This document shows, one piece after another, positions 1 to 10,186 of a stretch of DNA of 64,000 nt (positions within the stretch are counted from its first letter, which is position 1; each line of letters starts with the position of its first letter). The stretch is from Hungateiclostridiaceae bacterium UBA1305 (lineage in GTDB: Bacteria; Bacillota; Clostridia; Acetivibrionales; DTU013). The notes beneath the pieces are model-generated. The model did no database searches, was not told the DNA's origin, and was given only the letters and a program-made list of their open reading frames with translations. The DNA is taken from contig DBTX01000068.1 in the NCBI GenBank assembly GCA_002307275.1, positions 3,065 through 67,064 of the forward strand, written 5' to 3'. Made by a program: the position numbers and the translations under genes.

Positions 1-279
1 TCCAGCTCAGGCGCCCAGGGCTTGATGCAGTTAATGCCGGATACTGCTGATTCACTTGGCGTCGAAAATCCGTGGGATATCAGTGAAAATATTGACGGTG
101 GAACAAGATACCTGAAGGATCAACTTGTAGCATTCGACGGCAATCTTGATCTGGCTCTGGCCGCCTATAACGCAGGCCCCGGCGCTGTTAGCAAGTATGG
201 CGGCATTCCTCCGTACACCCAAACGCAGGGTTATGTAAAAAAAGTGCTCGAAAACTATACAAATTATAAAAATAAGTAG
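1..279 (+). CDS. Lytic transglycosylase (SLT domain), C-terminal fragment; start lies upstream of the window
   Basis: Frame is open from nt 1. [17 protein letters not shown] and [18 protein letters not shown] are SLT-family catalytic-domain motifs. Confidence 0.75.
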   Translation, partial: SSSGAQGLMQLMPDTADSLGVENPWDISENIDGGTRYLKDQLVAFDGNLDLALAAYNAGPGAVSKYGGIPPYTQTQGYVKKVLENYTNYKNK

Positions 280-292
280 TTTTCGACACCTT

Positions 293-598
293 TAATCCAC
301 ATTATCCACACTCTTATCCACACAAGAAATTCCTACAATTTACGTGCTTTGTGCCATCTTTCCACACTATTCACAGGTCTGGTTTCGACATTATTCGCAC
401 ATTATTTAGTTTCCTATTTATTTATGTATACCTTGAAACACAGGTTATCATGTACTTCTAGAAATACATCAGATTATTGAACGCTTCTTCAGAACTTCCG
501 ACATTTTATTCCATTTGTCGTATTTTTCCATAACTGCCTATAAATTTAATTTATCCGCAAGTTATAAATTGATTGTGGAAAATAAAAAGTTATCCACA
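293..598. promoter_or_regulatory. DnaA-box cluster (non-oriC type) in the convergent slt/tsaD intergenic region
   Basis: Perfect TTATCCACA at 302-310, 314-322 and 590-598. One-mismatch boxes at 293-301 (TAATCCACA), 551-559 (TTATCCGCA) and 574-582 (reverse complement TTTTCCACA). Two-mismatch boxes at 358-366, 367-375 and 391-399. Confidence 0.7.
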
Positions 599-1618
599 GT
601 TTTTGTCGCCTAATCGCAGCCCGGGTTTGGCGTTTAAATCCAGTCCGGAGACATTGCCGCGCTTAAATTCATAATAAGCTGCTGCACCTATCATCGCAGC
701 ATTATCTGTGCAAAGGATGGGTTTAGGATAGTACATTTCCATTCCAGCTTTTTCTGCTGCCATCTTCATTGCACTTCTCAACTGGGAGTTTGCCGCCACA
801 CCGCCTGCCAGCGCTACACGAGCTACACCCTTTTGCCTGGCTGCCTTCAGTGTATTACTGACCAGAACATCAACCACCGCTTGCTGGAAGCTGGCACAAA
901 CATCAGGAAGATTGATTTCAAGACCTTTCTGGCTCATTCCGTTAAGATAGTTCAGGACAGCTGTTTTAAGGCCGCTAAAGCTGAAATCCAGACTTCCGTC
1001 ATTGAAATGAACCCTCGGAAAATCGACTGCTTTACTGTTTCCCTTTACCGCTTCAATGTCAATCAGAGGTCCGCCCGGGTAACCGAGACCCAACGCTCTT
1101 GCTATTTTATCAAAAGCCTCACCCGCAGCATCATCGCGGGTTTGTCCCATTATTTCAAAAATATTGTAGTCCGACACATGTACAACGTGGCTATGCCCTC
1201 CGGAGGCGACCAGACATACGAATGGCGGCTCAAGCGTCTCATTTTCCAGATAGTTTGCAGCAATGTGCCCTTCAATATGGTGTACTCCCACAAGTGGTTT
1301 ACCGGCGGCGAATGCAATTCCCTTGGCGGCCGAAAGCCCCACCAGCAGCGCTCCCACAAGTCCTGGCCCATATGTGACTCCTATCGCATCTACCTGCTCA
1401 AGTTTTACGGTTGCCTCCTCCAGCGCCTGGTTTATTACCGGCAGCACAAGCTCTACATGCTTTCGTGAAGCTATTTCGGGCACTACGCCGCCAAACTTTT
1501 TGTGTATATCTATCTGAGAGGAGATTATATTGGAAAGTATCTTCCTTCCATTGACTACCACCGCTGCAGAAGTTTCGTCGCAGCTCGTTTCTATAGCCAG
1601 TATGACCGTTTCACTCAA
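590..1618 (-). CDS. tsaD: tRNA N6-adenosine threonylcarbamoyltransferase TsaD (Kae1/Gcp)
   Basis: [18 protein letters not shown] and LVASGGHS motifs. The longest ORF starts at 1639 (TTG). TTG at 1618 has the better RBS (GAAGGTG, 6-nt spacing). Confidence 0.95.
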   Translation of the reverse strand: MSETVILAIETSCDETSAAVVVNGRKILSNIISSQIDIHKKFGGVVPEIASRKHVELVLPVINQALEEATVKLEQVDAIGVTYGPGLVGALLVGLSAAKGIAFAAGKPLVGVHHIEGHIAANYLENETLEPPFVCLVASGGHSHVVHVSDYNIFEIMGQTRDDAAGEAFDKIARALGLGYPGGPLIDIEAVKGNSKAVDFPRVHFNDGSLDFSFSGLKTAVLNYLNGMSQKGLEINLPDVCASFQQAVVDVLVSNTLKAARQKGVARVALAGGVAANSQLRSAMKMAAEKAGMEMYYPKPILCTDNAAMIGAAAYYEFKRGNVSGLDLNAKPGLRLGDKNCG

Positions 1619-1767
1619 AAATAACACCTTCGCTTTCAATTACCTGCCACTTCTCTGCACGTAAAGTATCATTTGTAACCTATATAGTATGATAGCCCAA
1701 TAATCCCTTACTTTCAAGGCTGCATAATTATAAAGTATAATTATAAATGCATAATAATAAAAAAGCC

Positions 1768-1799
1768 AAAAAAAAACATGGAGTCTTTAAAGCTCCATG
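1768..1799 (-). terminator. Intrinsic terminator downstream of uppP
   Basis: On the minus strand, hairpin CATGGAG-N9-CTCCATG is followed by a T9 run (A9 at 1768-1776 on plus). Confidence 0.6.
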
Positions 1800-1935
1800 C
1801 TCCTAAATAGGAGAAACGCTAATGTTCTTTTTAATTATAACAAGAACATAGAGTAATTTACATAGTCCCTTATTACCCATTACGTAGCTTTCAAGACCTA
1901 TTTTACTAGTGCTGTGGTCCTATATTGTGATGTCT

Positions 1936-2721
1936 TCACCTTAAAAGCGCAATTAAAATGACAACAGCACCCAATATGCAACGGTATACCACAAATATAC
2001 CAAAGCCCTTGGTTTTCAGATAATTTAAGATGAATTTAATGCTCAAGGCGCCAACAATTCCGGACACTGCTATCGCAGCAATAAACGGAACAGCGTCAAT
2101 TGGTACGCTGACAAGGTCCTTTGCTTTATAAACACCACTCAGGAAGATAAACGGCGTTGAAAGCAGAAATGTAAACCTTGCTGCATCTTCCCTGCTTAGC
2201 TTGAAAATACGGCCGGCTGCCATCGTTATGCCTGATCGCGACACACCTGGAATCATTGCAATAGCCTGAGAAACACCTATCAGGAAGCTCCTTTTGAAGC
2301 CGATATCTTTGAGCACTACTTCTGATTCCGAAAGCTTATCGGCAGCATAAAGCAGGAAGCCCATCAGAATTAACATGATTCCGATCAGCATCGGATTTCT
2401 AAAAGTCGTTGACACCTTATCCTCAAAAAGCACTCCAAATATACCGCCGGGTATACATGCCAGCATGATATACCAGAAGAGGCGGCCATCCTTTGACCTG
2501 ATATCTGTAAAGCCCGCTCTGATAAGCCTGATCCAATCCTTCCAGAAGAAAATACCGACAGCAAGCAGAGTTCCCATATGAAGTGCGATATCAAATGCAA
2601 GTCCCGGGTCTTTCCAGCCGAACAGCCAGGGTGCCAGCGTAATATGAGCTGTACTGGATATGGGAAGGAATTCGCCCAAGCCCTGTATGATCCCATAGAT
2701 AATTGCCTGAAATAAATCCAT
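1936..2721 (-). CDS. uppP: Undecaprenyl-diphosphate phosphatase UppP (BacA)
   Basis: 261-aa polytopic membrane protein. EFLPISSTAH and PGVSRSG motifs are typical of BacA/UppP. Confidence 0.92.
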   Translation of the reverse strand: MDLFQAIIYGIIQGLGEFLPISSTAHITLAPWLFGWKDPGLAFDIALHMGTLLAVGIFFWKDWIRLIRAGFTDIRSKDGRLFWYIMLACIPGGIFGVLFEDKVSTTFRNPMLIGIMLILMGFLLYAADKLSESEVVLKDIGFKRSFLIGVSQAIAMIPGVSRSGITMAAGRIFKLSREDAARFTFLLSTPFIFLSGVYKAKDLVSVPIDAVPFIAAIAVSGIVGALSIKFILNYLKTKGFGIFVVYRCILGAVVILIALLR

Positions 2722-2807
2722 TTGAAATCCTCCAGATACATTTCTATTTAATAAATACCGCCAGTAAATCTGTTCACTATGTCATTCTTCGTTCCGATAT
2801 AAATAAA

Positions 2808-3533
2808 CTATGCGGCATCGTCAAGATACTGTGGAACATAGTATCCTTTTTCATTCTGGACGAATGGTCTTTTATTTACTGGAAGAGACCATAATCCCCT
2901 TTTATGCCGTATGGCATCCTCCTGAAGTCCCTCGAAATAATCTCTGTGAACCGTATTGGGCCTGACCATGTCAACCCTGGCATAACCCTGTTCCACCAGG
3001 AAAGCGTTTACACAGGTGCTGTCCTTTAAAATAACATAAGCCAGAAGACGGTCATAATTATCATATACATCCTTTTCAAATACAAGCGTTACCTTTTTAT
3101 TAAGAAGCATCTTCTTTATCTTCTCCGAGGCCTGCTTGCCATAAGGCTGCACTGATACCCCCTTCTTAACCGTTTCAGGCGTATCCATACATAGAAGTCT
3201 TATTTTATATTCCTCGTTTTTATACTCCGTCACGATCGTATCACCGTCGACTATCCTTGTTACTTTCGCGTGAATAAAGCCATCAGGAATAATGCCTTCG
3301 GTATCAGGGACTACGATTGGGCTTTCTGCAGCAGCCTTTGTTCCGCCAGTGTTGGATTTTGGCATTTCGCTGCTGCCGGTTTTTACATCTGTGATGGTAC
3401 CTGCTTCCACTGTCCTGTCAGTTGACGTTTCGCCTGAAACAGCTTTCTCACCTTGAGGATACAACAAATAGAACAGGGCGAAAATTATAACTGCAATTAT
3501 TATTCCTGCCAAAGCTGGAGCCTTTTTCTTCAT
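2808..3533 (-). CDS. Membrane-anchored thermonuclease (staphylococcal nuclease/SNase family)
   Basis: N-terminal TM helix followed by an SNase core (VDGDTI, IRLLCMDTPE, DRLLAYV). ATG at 3533 has a GGAGG RBS with 5-nt spacing; the ORF track starts at an upstream TTG (3545). Confidence 0.8.
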   Translation of the reverse strand: MKKKAPALAGIIIAVIIFALFYLLYPQGEKAVSGETSTDRTVEAGTITDVKTGSSEMPKSNTGGTKAAAESPIVVPDTEGIIPDGFIHAKVTRIVDGDTIVTEYKNEEYKIRLLCMDTPETVKKGVSVQPYGKQASEKIKKMLLNKKVTLVFEKDVYDNYDRLLAYVILKDSTCVNAFLVEQGYARVDMVRPNTVHRDYFEGLQEDAIRHKRGLWSLPVNKRPFVQNEKGYYVPQYLDDAA

Positions 3534-3801
3534 GGATTCCTCCAATGGCCATACATTGCTTACACACCAATAGATAATAACACATTATTACAAATGAGTA
3601 CACACTCCAGGAATAAAAACTGCAGCTAAGGCCGGAGTTGCGCCTTGCTGCATCATAAGATACCGGCATGCCAGTTATAAATATCAATTATGAATATCAG
3701 TTATAAATATTACCGCCAGACCGCAAATATTCATTTAATATCATGATCAACATCCTGTACATTTAAAAATATCGCAGGATTTCCTGATAATGCCGATATT
3801 T

Positions 3802-5496
3802 CTAAAATGCCTTCTCAATAGCAGAGGATGCTGCCAGAACTGGAACAGTCGGTATTTGCACAGGAATTTCCTCCTGTCTCCCCGCCTTATTGTTAAATGT
3901 AAGTTCAATGACCTGTCCAATATCATCGACAGGGATAACCTCTATTCCAATGTCGTTGAACATCTCCTGCCAGTTTTCCCTTGGCACAAGAACCCTGGTG
4001 ATACCTGCAAGCTTTGCCGCCTCCACTTTTGCAGCCACTCCGCCAACCGGTTTGACTTTGCCGCGTATTGAGATCTCACCTGTCATTGCGATGTCACTGC
4101 TTACCGGTATGTTCAATATCGCAGAGTATACCGCCGCAGCTATTGCAATTCCCGCGGACGGTCCATCAATTGGTATTCCGCCGGGAAAATTCAGATGGAT
4201 GTCATATTCCTTCGAATCGAGATTGAGGAATTTTTTCAGTACAGTGAGGACATTTTCCACAGAAGCCTTTGCTGAACTGGTCCTTTTAAGTTTCTGGCCT
4301 CTGCCGTCCATCTCCTCCTCTTCCACAATCCCTGTCACTTTGATGATTCCTTTACCTGCACTTGCTCTGCAGGCAGTAACTTCAATATCGATCACGATTC
4401 CCATTGCATTGCCGAAAACCGCGAGTCCATTCATACAACCTACCTGCATTTCGGAAGCGCAGACCTTCTTGTCGATCCGCGGACTGTAATGTCCGAATTC
4501 CACCACCCATTCTATATCCTTACGAGTGATCAGATTCCTTCCTTCGACTTGAACCACGCCGCCTGCGATCTGTATGATATTGACCGCGTCCCTGCCATTC
4601 TGGGCATACCGGGCAATGACCTCCTCTGTGCCATCCTCTACGCAGAAACCGCCCCTTATTGCAGCATTTCGCGCTATAACAGCAATCTCATCAGCAGTCA
4701 GCGGCCTGAAAAAGATTTCTACGCACCTGGAACGCAGCGCCGGCGGAAGATCTTCCGATTGCCGCGTTGTTGCGCCGACAAGCCGGAAATCGGCAGGGAG
4801 GCCTTTCTGGAATATCTCATGTATATGAACCGGAATGTTTGAGTCCTCAGAACTGTAATATGCGCTTTCAAGGAAAACCTTTCTATCCTCAAGGACCTTT
4901 AAAAGCTTATTCATTTGAATCGGGTGGAGTTCGCCTATCTCATCCACAAACAGTATTCCGCCGTGCGCTTTAGTCACTGCGCCCGCTTTTGGCTGCGGAA
5001 TTCCTGCAACGCCATATGCGCCCGCGCCCTGATATATAGGATCATGCACGGAGCCGATCAGTGGATCCGCTATGCCGCGCTCATCAAACCTGAGAATGGT
5101 CGCGTCTACTTCAACAAATTTGGCTTCCTTTTTGAATGGCGATATCGGAGCAAGCCTGGCTTCCTCGAGTATGACCCTTGCTGCGGCAGTTTTTCCGATA
5201 CCAGGCGGACCGTATATGATGACATGCTGCGGATTCGGTCCGCACAATGCCGCTCTTAAAGCCTTGATTCCCTGCTCCTGGCCGATGATATCCCGCAATG
5301 TTGCAGGCCTGGTTTTTTCGGATAAGGGTTCAGTCAATTTGATCTCTTTTAGCCTGCGAAGCTTTTCAAGTTCTTTCCGCGACTCTTTTTCAATAGCACT
5401 TTTGTTTCCCTGTTGAGATTTCAAAAGATTTAGGAAATAAAGTCCAATGATGATTGAAAAGAAAAATTGTATGATAAGAAAGGTGCTTGTGAGCAT
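3802..5496 (-). CDS. lonB: Lon-like ATP-dependent protease, LonB type (N-terminal TM, AAA+ and Lon protease domains)
   Basis: Walker A GPPGIGKT and Lon protease domain PIDGPSAGIA with a catalytic Ser context. Synteny tig-clpX-lonB matches Bacillus. Confidence 0.85.
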   Translation of the reverse strand: MLTSTFLIIQFFFSIIIGLYFLNLLKSQQGNKSAIEKESRKELEKLRRLKEIKLTEPLSEKTRPATLRDIIGQEQGIKALRAALCGPNPQHVIIYGPPGIGKTAAARVILEEARLAPISPFKKEAKFVEVDATILRFDERGIADPLIGSVHDPIYQGAGAYGVAGIPQPKAGAVTKAHGGILFVDEIGELHPIQMNKLLKVLEDRKVFLESAYYSSEDSNIPVHIHEIFQKGLPADFRLVGATTRQSEDLPPALRSRCVEIFFRPLTADEIAVIARNAAIRGGFCVEDGTEEVIARYAQNGRDAVNIIQIAGGVVQVEGRNLITRKDIEWVVEFGHYSPRIDKKVCASEMQVGCMNGLAVFGNAMGIVIDIEVTACRASAGKGIIKVTGIVEEEEMDGRGQKLKRTSSAKASVENVLTVLKKFLNLDSKEYDIHLNFPGGIPIDGPSAGIAIAAAVYSAILNIPVSSDIAMTGEISIRGKVKPVGGVAAKVEAAKLAGITRVLVPRENWQEMFNDIGIEVIPVDDIGQVIELTFNNKAGRQEEIPVQIPTVPVLAASSAIEKAF

Positions 5497-5672
5497 TCCG
5501 TCCCCTCCTTACGCTTATGCCAGCGTAACAAACATTTTAATCAGATATAGATACAGCACTCTGTTGCGAAAATAATTACTCCTTAACACAAATCTTTTTA
5601 GCAACATATATAGTATTAACCATATGGATGAATTTATCCGGCAACAGCATTGAAAAGTGGACGAACTCTCAT

Positions 5673-5724
5673 AAAAAAGAGCATCCCTCCTGCCGCGAAC
5701 TTCATGCGGTCTGGAGAAATGCTC
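5673..5724 (-). terminator. Intrinsic terminator after clpX
   Basis: On the minus strand, GAGCATTTCTCC...GGAGGGATGCTC forms a hairpin followed by TTTTTTAT. Confidence 0.6.
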
Positions 5725-5757
5725 CTGTTTTTATTATTTATCGGTTCATTTAGTTCC

Positions 5758-7053
5758 TTACGAAGCGGATTCCTTTTTAACTCTGGATTTCTTACTGGCG
5801 GTCTTCTTCAGCGGCTTCCTGTTGTCATTGATCACCAGTTGAGGAGTCACACGCGTTTCAATCGTTTCCTTCGTGACAATGCATTTCTCAATGTTGCTCG
5901 ATGATGGTATATCATACATTACATCCAGCATGATCTCCTCGATAATGGCTCGCAGGCCTCTGGCACCCGTACTGCGCGCCAAAGCCTTGTCAGCTATAGC
6001 TTCGAGTGCTTCCGGTTCGAATTCCAGCAGAGCGTCGTCCATTTCGAACAGCTTCTGATATTGCTTGACAAGTGCATTCTTGGGCTCCGTGAGTATCTGT
6101 ACAAGAGCCTGCCTGTCAAGTGAACCAAGTGTCACAATAACCGGAAGACGACCCACGAACTCGGGTATAAGACCGAATTTAAGCAGATCCTGCGGAAGGA
6201 TATGTGACAATATTTCTCCAATATCTTTTTCCTTCTTACTTTCTATTGTCGCACCAAACCCGATACCCCTTGTTCCGACTCTGTTCTGTATGAGTTTTTC
6301 TATGCCGTCAAATGCACCACCGCATATGAACAGAATATTGGTTGTATCAATTTGTATAAATTCCTGATGTGGATGCTTTCTTCCCCCTTGCGGCGGAACG
6401 GATGCCGTTGTGCCCTCAAGAATCTTCAAAAGTGCCTGCTGTACACCTTCACCGCTTACGTCTCTTGTGATGGAAGGGTTTTCCGACTTTCTTGCTATCT
6501 TGTCTATTTCATCGATATAAATGATGCCCTTTTCTGCTTTTTCAATATCGTAATCTGCAGCCTGAATGAGCTTGAGCAGAATGTTCTCAACATCCTCACC
6601 CACGTATCCGGCTTCAGTCAGTGATGTAGCGTCGGCAATCGCAAAAGGGACATTTAATACCTTGGCAAGTGTCTGGGCAAGTAGTGTTTTACCACAACCG
6701 GTTGGTCCAAGCATGACGATATTGCTCTTCTGAATCTCGACTTCGCTTGTTTTTATGTCTGTATTGATCCTTTTGTAATGGTTGTAAACCGCCACAGAGA
6801 GCGACTTTTTGGCCATTTCCTGTCCGATGACATATTGATCCAGTATCGCTTTTATATCCTTGGGTTTGGGTATTTCGTTAAGCTCGGAATCGGTTTTAGT
6901 CTCTTCAAACTCTTCCTCTATGATCTCAGAACAAAGTTCGATACACTCATCGCAAATGTATACGCCAGGGCCTGCTACCAGCCTTTTTACCTGTTCCTGT
7001 GTCTTGCCGCAGAAGGAGCATTTCAATTGCTTCTTCTCATCATATCTGGACAT
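5758..7053 (-). CDS. clpX: ATP-dependent Clp protease ATP-binding subunit ClpX
   Basis: N-terminal zinc ribbon CSFCGK...CDEC, Walker A GPTGCGKT and the overall ClpX sequence. Confidence 0.97.
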   Translation of the reverse strand: MSRYDEKKQLKCSFCGKTQEQVKRLVAGPGVYICDECIELCSEIIEEEFEETKTDSELNEIPKPKDIKAILDQYVIGQEMAKKSLSVAVYNHYKRINTDIKTSEVEIQKSNIVMLGPTGCGKTLLAQTLAKVLNVPFAIADATSLTEAGYVGEDVENILLKLIQAADYDIEKAEKGIIYIDEIDKIARKSENPSITRDVSGEGVQQALLKILEGTTASVPPQGGRKHPHQEFIQIDTTNILFICGGAFDGIEKLIQNRVGTRGIGFGATIESKKEKDIGEILSHILPQDLLKFGLIPEFVGRLPVIVTLGSLDRQALVQILTEPKNALVKQYQKLFEMDDALLEFEPEALEAIADKALARSTGARGLRAIIEEIMLDVMYDIPSSSNIEKCIVTKETIETRVTPQLVINDNRKPLKKTASKKSRVKKESAS

Positions 7054-7066
7054 CGCTTCACCCCAT

Positions 7067-7651
7067 TTATGTCTTTCTGATCATGATTTCGTCAACGAGG
7101 CCATACGCTTTTGCTTCCTCCGCTGACATGAAGAAATCCCTTTCAACGTCCCTCTCAATTTTCTCAAGGGGTTGCCCGGTTTTTTCACTCAGTATGTTGT
7201 TCAGCTTGTTCTTTATTTTCAACAACCATTCCGTACGAATCTTTATATCTGTCGCTTGTCCCTGGGTCCCTCCCAGAGGCTGGTGTATCATGATCTCGCT
7301 GTTTGGCAGTGCAAATCTTTTTCCCTTCGCTCCTGCTGTGAGCAGAAACGCCCCCATGCTTGCCGCCATTCCCACACAAATCGTCTGGACATCCGCTTTC
7401 ACGTGCTGCATGGTATCGTATATTGCAAACCCTGATGTGATGGAACCGCCAGGGCTATTAATGTACAACTGGATGTCCTTGTCCGGGTCGACTGAATCAA
7501 GGTAAAGCATTTGTGCGACTACCAGACTCGCGGTAACATCGTTGACCTCATCGCTGAGCATGATTATTCTTTCCTTGAGCAGCATGGAGAAAATATCATA
7601 AGAGCGCTCTCCCCTGCTTGACTGTTCTACTACAATTGGTACCAGACTCAT
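7067..7651 (-). CDS. clpP: ATP-dependent Clp protease proteolytic subunit ClpP
   Basis: [23 protein letters not shown]-terminus and GMAASMGA active-site Ser context. ATG at 7651 has a GGGAGG RBS with 6-nt spacing. Confidence 0.97.
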   Translation of the reverse strand: MSLVPIVVEQSSRGERSYDIFSMLLKERIIMLSDEVNDVTASLVVAQMLYLDSVDPDKDIQLYINSPGGSITSGFAIYDTMQHVKADVQTICVGMAASMGAFLLTAGAKGKRFALPNSEIMIHQPLGGTQGQATDIKIRTEWLLKIKNKLNNILSEKTGQPLEKIERDVERDFFMSAEEAKAYGLVDEIMIRKT

Positions 7652-7752
7652 AATATTCCTCCCTATCATTTATATATTATATTACGGCATAAACGCCTAA
7701 TTGTTTAGGCTTCTTTATCTTTTCCCATAAAAATCGCAATTTAAACTTCTCT

Positions 7753-9039
7753 TCAGGACAGCTTCGCGTTTTCCATCAGGAAATCTACGGTTTTTCTGGC
7801 AACCAGATTGCTTCTGATATATTCTATATCATCCGGCTTCAAATGTTGCCTGAAATCTTCCTCGCTCTGCTTATAACTTTCAGCCAGCTTCTTTATTTCC
7901 GCATCCGTGTCCTCATCTGAAGGCACAATAGCTTCAATAGCGCCTATCTTCTCAATGACGAGCTGTGTCTTTACTTCCTGCTCCGCCCTCTTTTCAAACT
8001 GATCCCTGAAGGTTTTCATGTCCATGCCCATGGCTTCCAGATATTTCTCAAGTTCCATTCCCTGATAACGGATCCTCATTGAAAAATCGTATACCAAGTC
8101 ATCCACACGCTTTTCAACCATGACGTGAGGAACCTCAATTAATGCGTTTTCAACGACTTTCTCAACTACATTGTCTTCATTTTCGTGATGAGCCTTGTGC
8201 TCGGCTTTCTCAACCATCTTCTGCCTCAGATCGGCTTTGTACTGCTCCAGTGTATCAAATTCGCTGACGTCCTTTGCGAATTCATCATCAAGAGCGGGTA
8301 GTTCCTTCAGTTTGATTTCTTTCACAGTGACCCTGAAGAGAGCTGGTTTACCGGCAAGCTCGGCACTGCCGTATTCTTCCGGGAAGGAGACATTGACCTC
8401 TTTCTCTTCTCCCAATGCTGCGCCGATAAGCTGATCCTCGAAACCGGGTATGAATGTACCGGAGCCTATAACCAAACTATGATCGGTACCCTTGCCGCCT
8501 TCAAACGGCACGCCGTCTATGAAGCCTTCAAAATCTATGATCGCTGTATCGCCTGATGCGACCGGTCTGTCTTCTACAGTCACCAACCTCGAATTCTTAT
8601 CCAGAACCTTCTCTATTTCCTTCTCAACATCCTCATCAGTCACAAGCGCATCCGCCTTTGTGACTTCAACGCCCTTATACTCTCCGAGTTCTACCTCGGG
8701 TTTGACTGTTACTTTTGCAGTAAATATAAAGGTCTGTCCTTTTCCGATCTGCTTTATATCAATTTCAGGCTTCTCCACCGGGTGAAGATCATTCTCTTCT
8801 ACAGCCTGATCATATTCGTCCGGGCAAATTGCATTGATTGCATCCTCATATAATACCTGATCGCCATAGAATTTTTCCACCATATATCTGGGGGCCTTCC
8901 CTTTTCTAAAACCAGGTATGCTAAATTTTCCTGCATTCTTCTGAAATGACTTTTGCATTCCTTGTTCAAACTTTTCCGCATCAACTTCTATTTCAAGCTG
9001 AACTATGCTTTTACCAACGTTTTCTACTTTTACCTGCAT
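7753..9039 (-). CDS. tig: Trigger factor
   Basis: 428 aa. GFRKGKAP ribosome-binding motif, central FKBP-type PPIase region and acidic C-terminal domain. Confidence 0.95.
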   Translation of the reverse strand: MQVKVENVGKSIVQLEIEVDAEKFEQGMQKSFQKNAGKFSIPGFRKGKAPRYMVEKFYGDQVLYEDAINAICPDEYDQAVEENDLHPVEKPEIDIKQIGKGQTFIFTAKVTVKPEVELGEYKGVEVTKADALVTDEDVEKEIEKVLDKNSRLVTVEDRPVASGDTAIIDFEGFIDGVPFEGGKGTDHSLVIGSGTFIPGFEDQLIGAALGEEKEVNVSFPEEYGSAELAGKPALFRVTVKEIKLKELPALDDEFAKDVSEFDTLEQYKADLRQKMVEKAEHKAHHENEDNVVEKVVENALIEVPHVMVEKRVDDLVYDFSMRIRYQGMELEKYLEAMGMDMKTFRDQFEKRAEQEVKTQLVIEKIGAIEAIVPSDEDTDAEIKKLAESYKQSEEDFRQHLKPDDIEYIRSNLVARKTVDFLMENAKLS

Positions 9040-9230
9040 TTTTTTTCAAATCCTCCTATACTCTTTCCTTTATAACGTATCGATTCAAATAAAATGTTTC
9101 GATTGCAGAAACATTTTATTACCGCTGCTGCGTTTCAACGAGGCAGGAGATATGCTAGCTGCCTGAACCCTAATCGGTATCTGCCACCTATAGAGGAGGG
9201 AGACATCTTTCACCTCGTTATAACTCGTAT

Positions 9231-9260
9231 ATTATAACAAATAGTTTTTATAAAGTCCAA
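9231..9260 (-). promoter_or_regulatory. Candidate sigma-A promoter for tig
   Basis: Minus strand reads TTGGAC-18 nt-TATAAT (-35 at 9255-9260, -10 at 9231-9236). This would give a ~185-nt leader. Confidence 0.4.
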
Positions 9261-9298
9261 TACAAATGGCCTTTTTGCCCTAAATATTGCCTGAGGGG

Positions 9299-9380
9299 GG
9301 CTGGTCGTTGACTGCGTCAACTGCTCGCCCATGCGTCCGTGGCTGGTCGTTGACTGTGTCAACCGCTCGCCCATACAGCC
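9299..9380. repeat. Two tandem ~41-bp repeats, each with a GTTGAC-N3-GTCAAC palindrome
   Basis: ggctggtcgttgactgcgtcaactgctcgcccatgcg (9299-9340) is repeated with a few substitutions at 9341-9380. Confidence 0.75.
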
Positions 9381-9401
9381 AGACTCCAGTGCCCATCACA
9401 C

Positions 9402-10103
9402 TCAAAAGAGCTTCATGGGCTTAAAACCAAGACGATCCGCCGCGACAAACTTGAAATCTATGCCGTTTATAATACCCTCCACTGCATTCCTGTGGGCTTC
9501 TCCATGAAGATGTCCATAGATACAAAGCTTGACATTATACTTTTGCATTATATCCAAAAAGCCTGAAAAAACACCTTTTGAATTAAAAACCGGGAAATGC
9601 ATGGCAGCGACAAGACAGCCGTCTTCAGGCAACGCCGCGCTTTTCAACGAAAGCTCCAGGCGCACAAGCTCCCTCTGATATATTTTCGAGTCTTCCGCAT
9701 TGAAGCCCTCCTCGCCAGGCATTGTCCAGCCCCTGGTTCCGCAGATAACAGCGTTTTCAACGGTATAGCTGTTGTTATGCATAAAACGGATAGATGAAAA
9801 TCCATTTTCACTGATAAATTTGTCCAACTTGTTTTTTGTAGTCCACCAGTAATCATGATTGCCTTTGGAAATAATCTTTTTGCCAGGCAATTTATCAATA
9901 AACCGGAAATCCTCATACGCCTGTTCCAGATAGGTCGCCCATGAGATATCACCCGGGATCAGCACATGGTCATTCTCGCCCACTGTTGAATTCCAGTTCT
10001 CCGCAAGTCTTTCCATGTAGTTCGACCATCTGGCACCGAATACATCCATCGGCTTATCGACACTAAGCGCGAGATGCAAGTCCGAGATTGCATAAATTGA
10101 CAT
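9402..10103 (-). CDS. Metallophosphoesterase (calcineurin-like phosphoesterase family)
   Basis: DLHL, GDISW, GNHDYWW and GHLH metal-binding motifs. The likely start is MSIYAISDLHL (ATG at 10103); the ORF track extends to 10175. Confidence 0.8.
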   Translation of the reverse strand: MSIYAISDLHLALSVDKPMDVFGARWSNYMERLAENWNSTVGENDHVLIPGDISWATYLEQAYEDFRFIDKLPGKKIISKGNHDYWWTTKNKLDKFISENGFSSIRFMHNNSYTVENAVICGTRGWTMPGEEGFNAEDSKIYQRELVRLELSLKSAALPEDGCLVAAMHFPVFNSKGVFSGFLDIMQKYNVKLCIYGHLHGEAHRNAVEGIINGIDFKFVAADRLGFKPMKLF

Positions 10104-10186
10104 CCTGTACAGTTCCTTTCCAAGAAGTCTGCCCGAAAACTCCTGCACGCATCTATTCGCCCATTGTTTCCGCACAAACTCCTAGC

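Noticed and set aside
293-598. The DnaA-box cluster could be the chromosomal origin (oriC).
   Set aside because: There is no dnaA, dnaN, rpmH or gidA/parB-type neighbour. The cluster lies between two convergent 3' ends, and I could not identify a convincing DUE with tandem AT-rich 13-mers or DnaA-trio repeats. This cannot be fully excluded without the whole genome.
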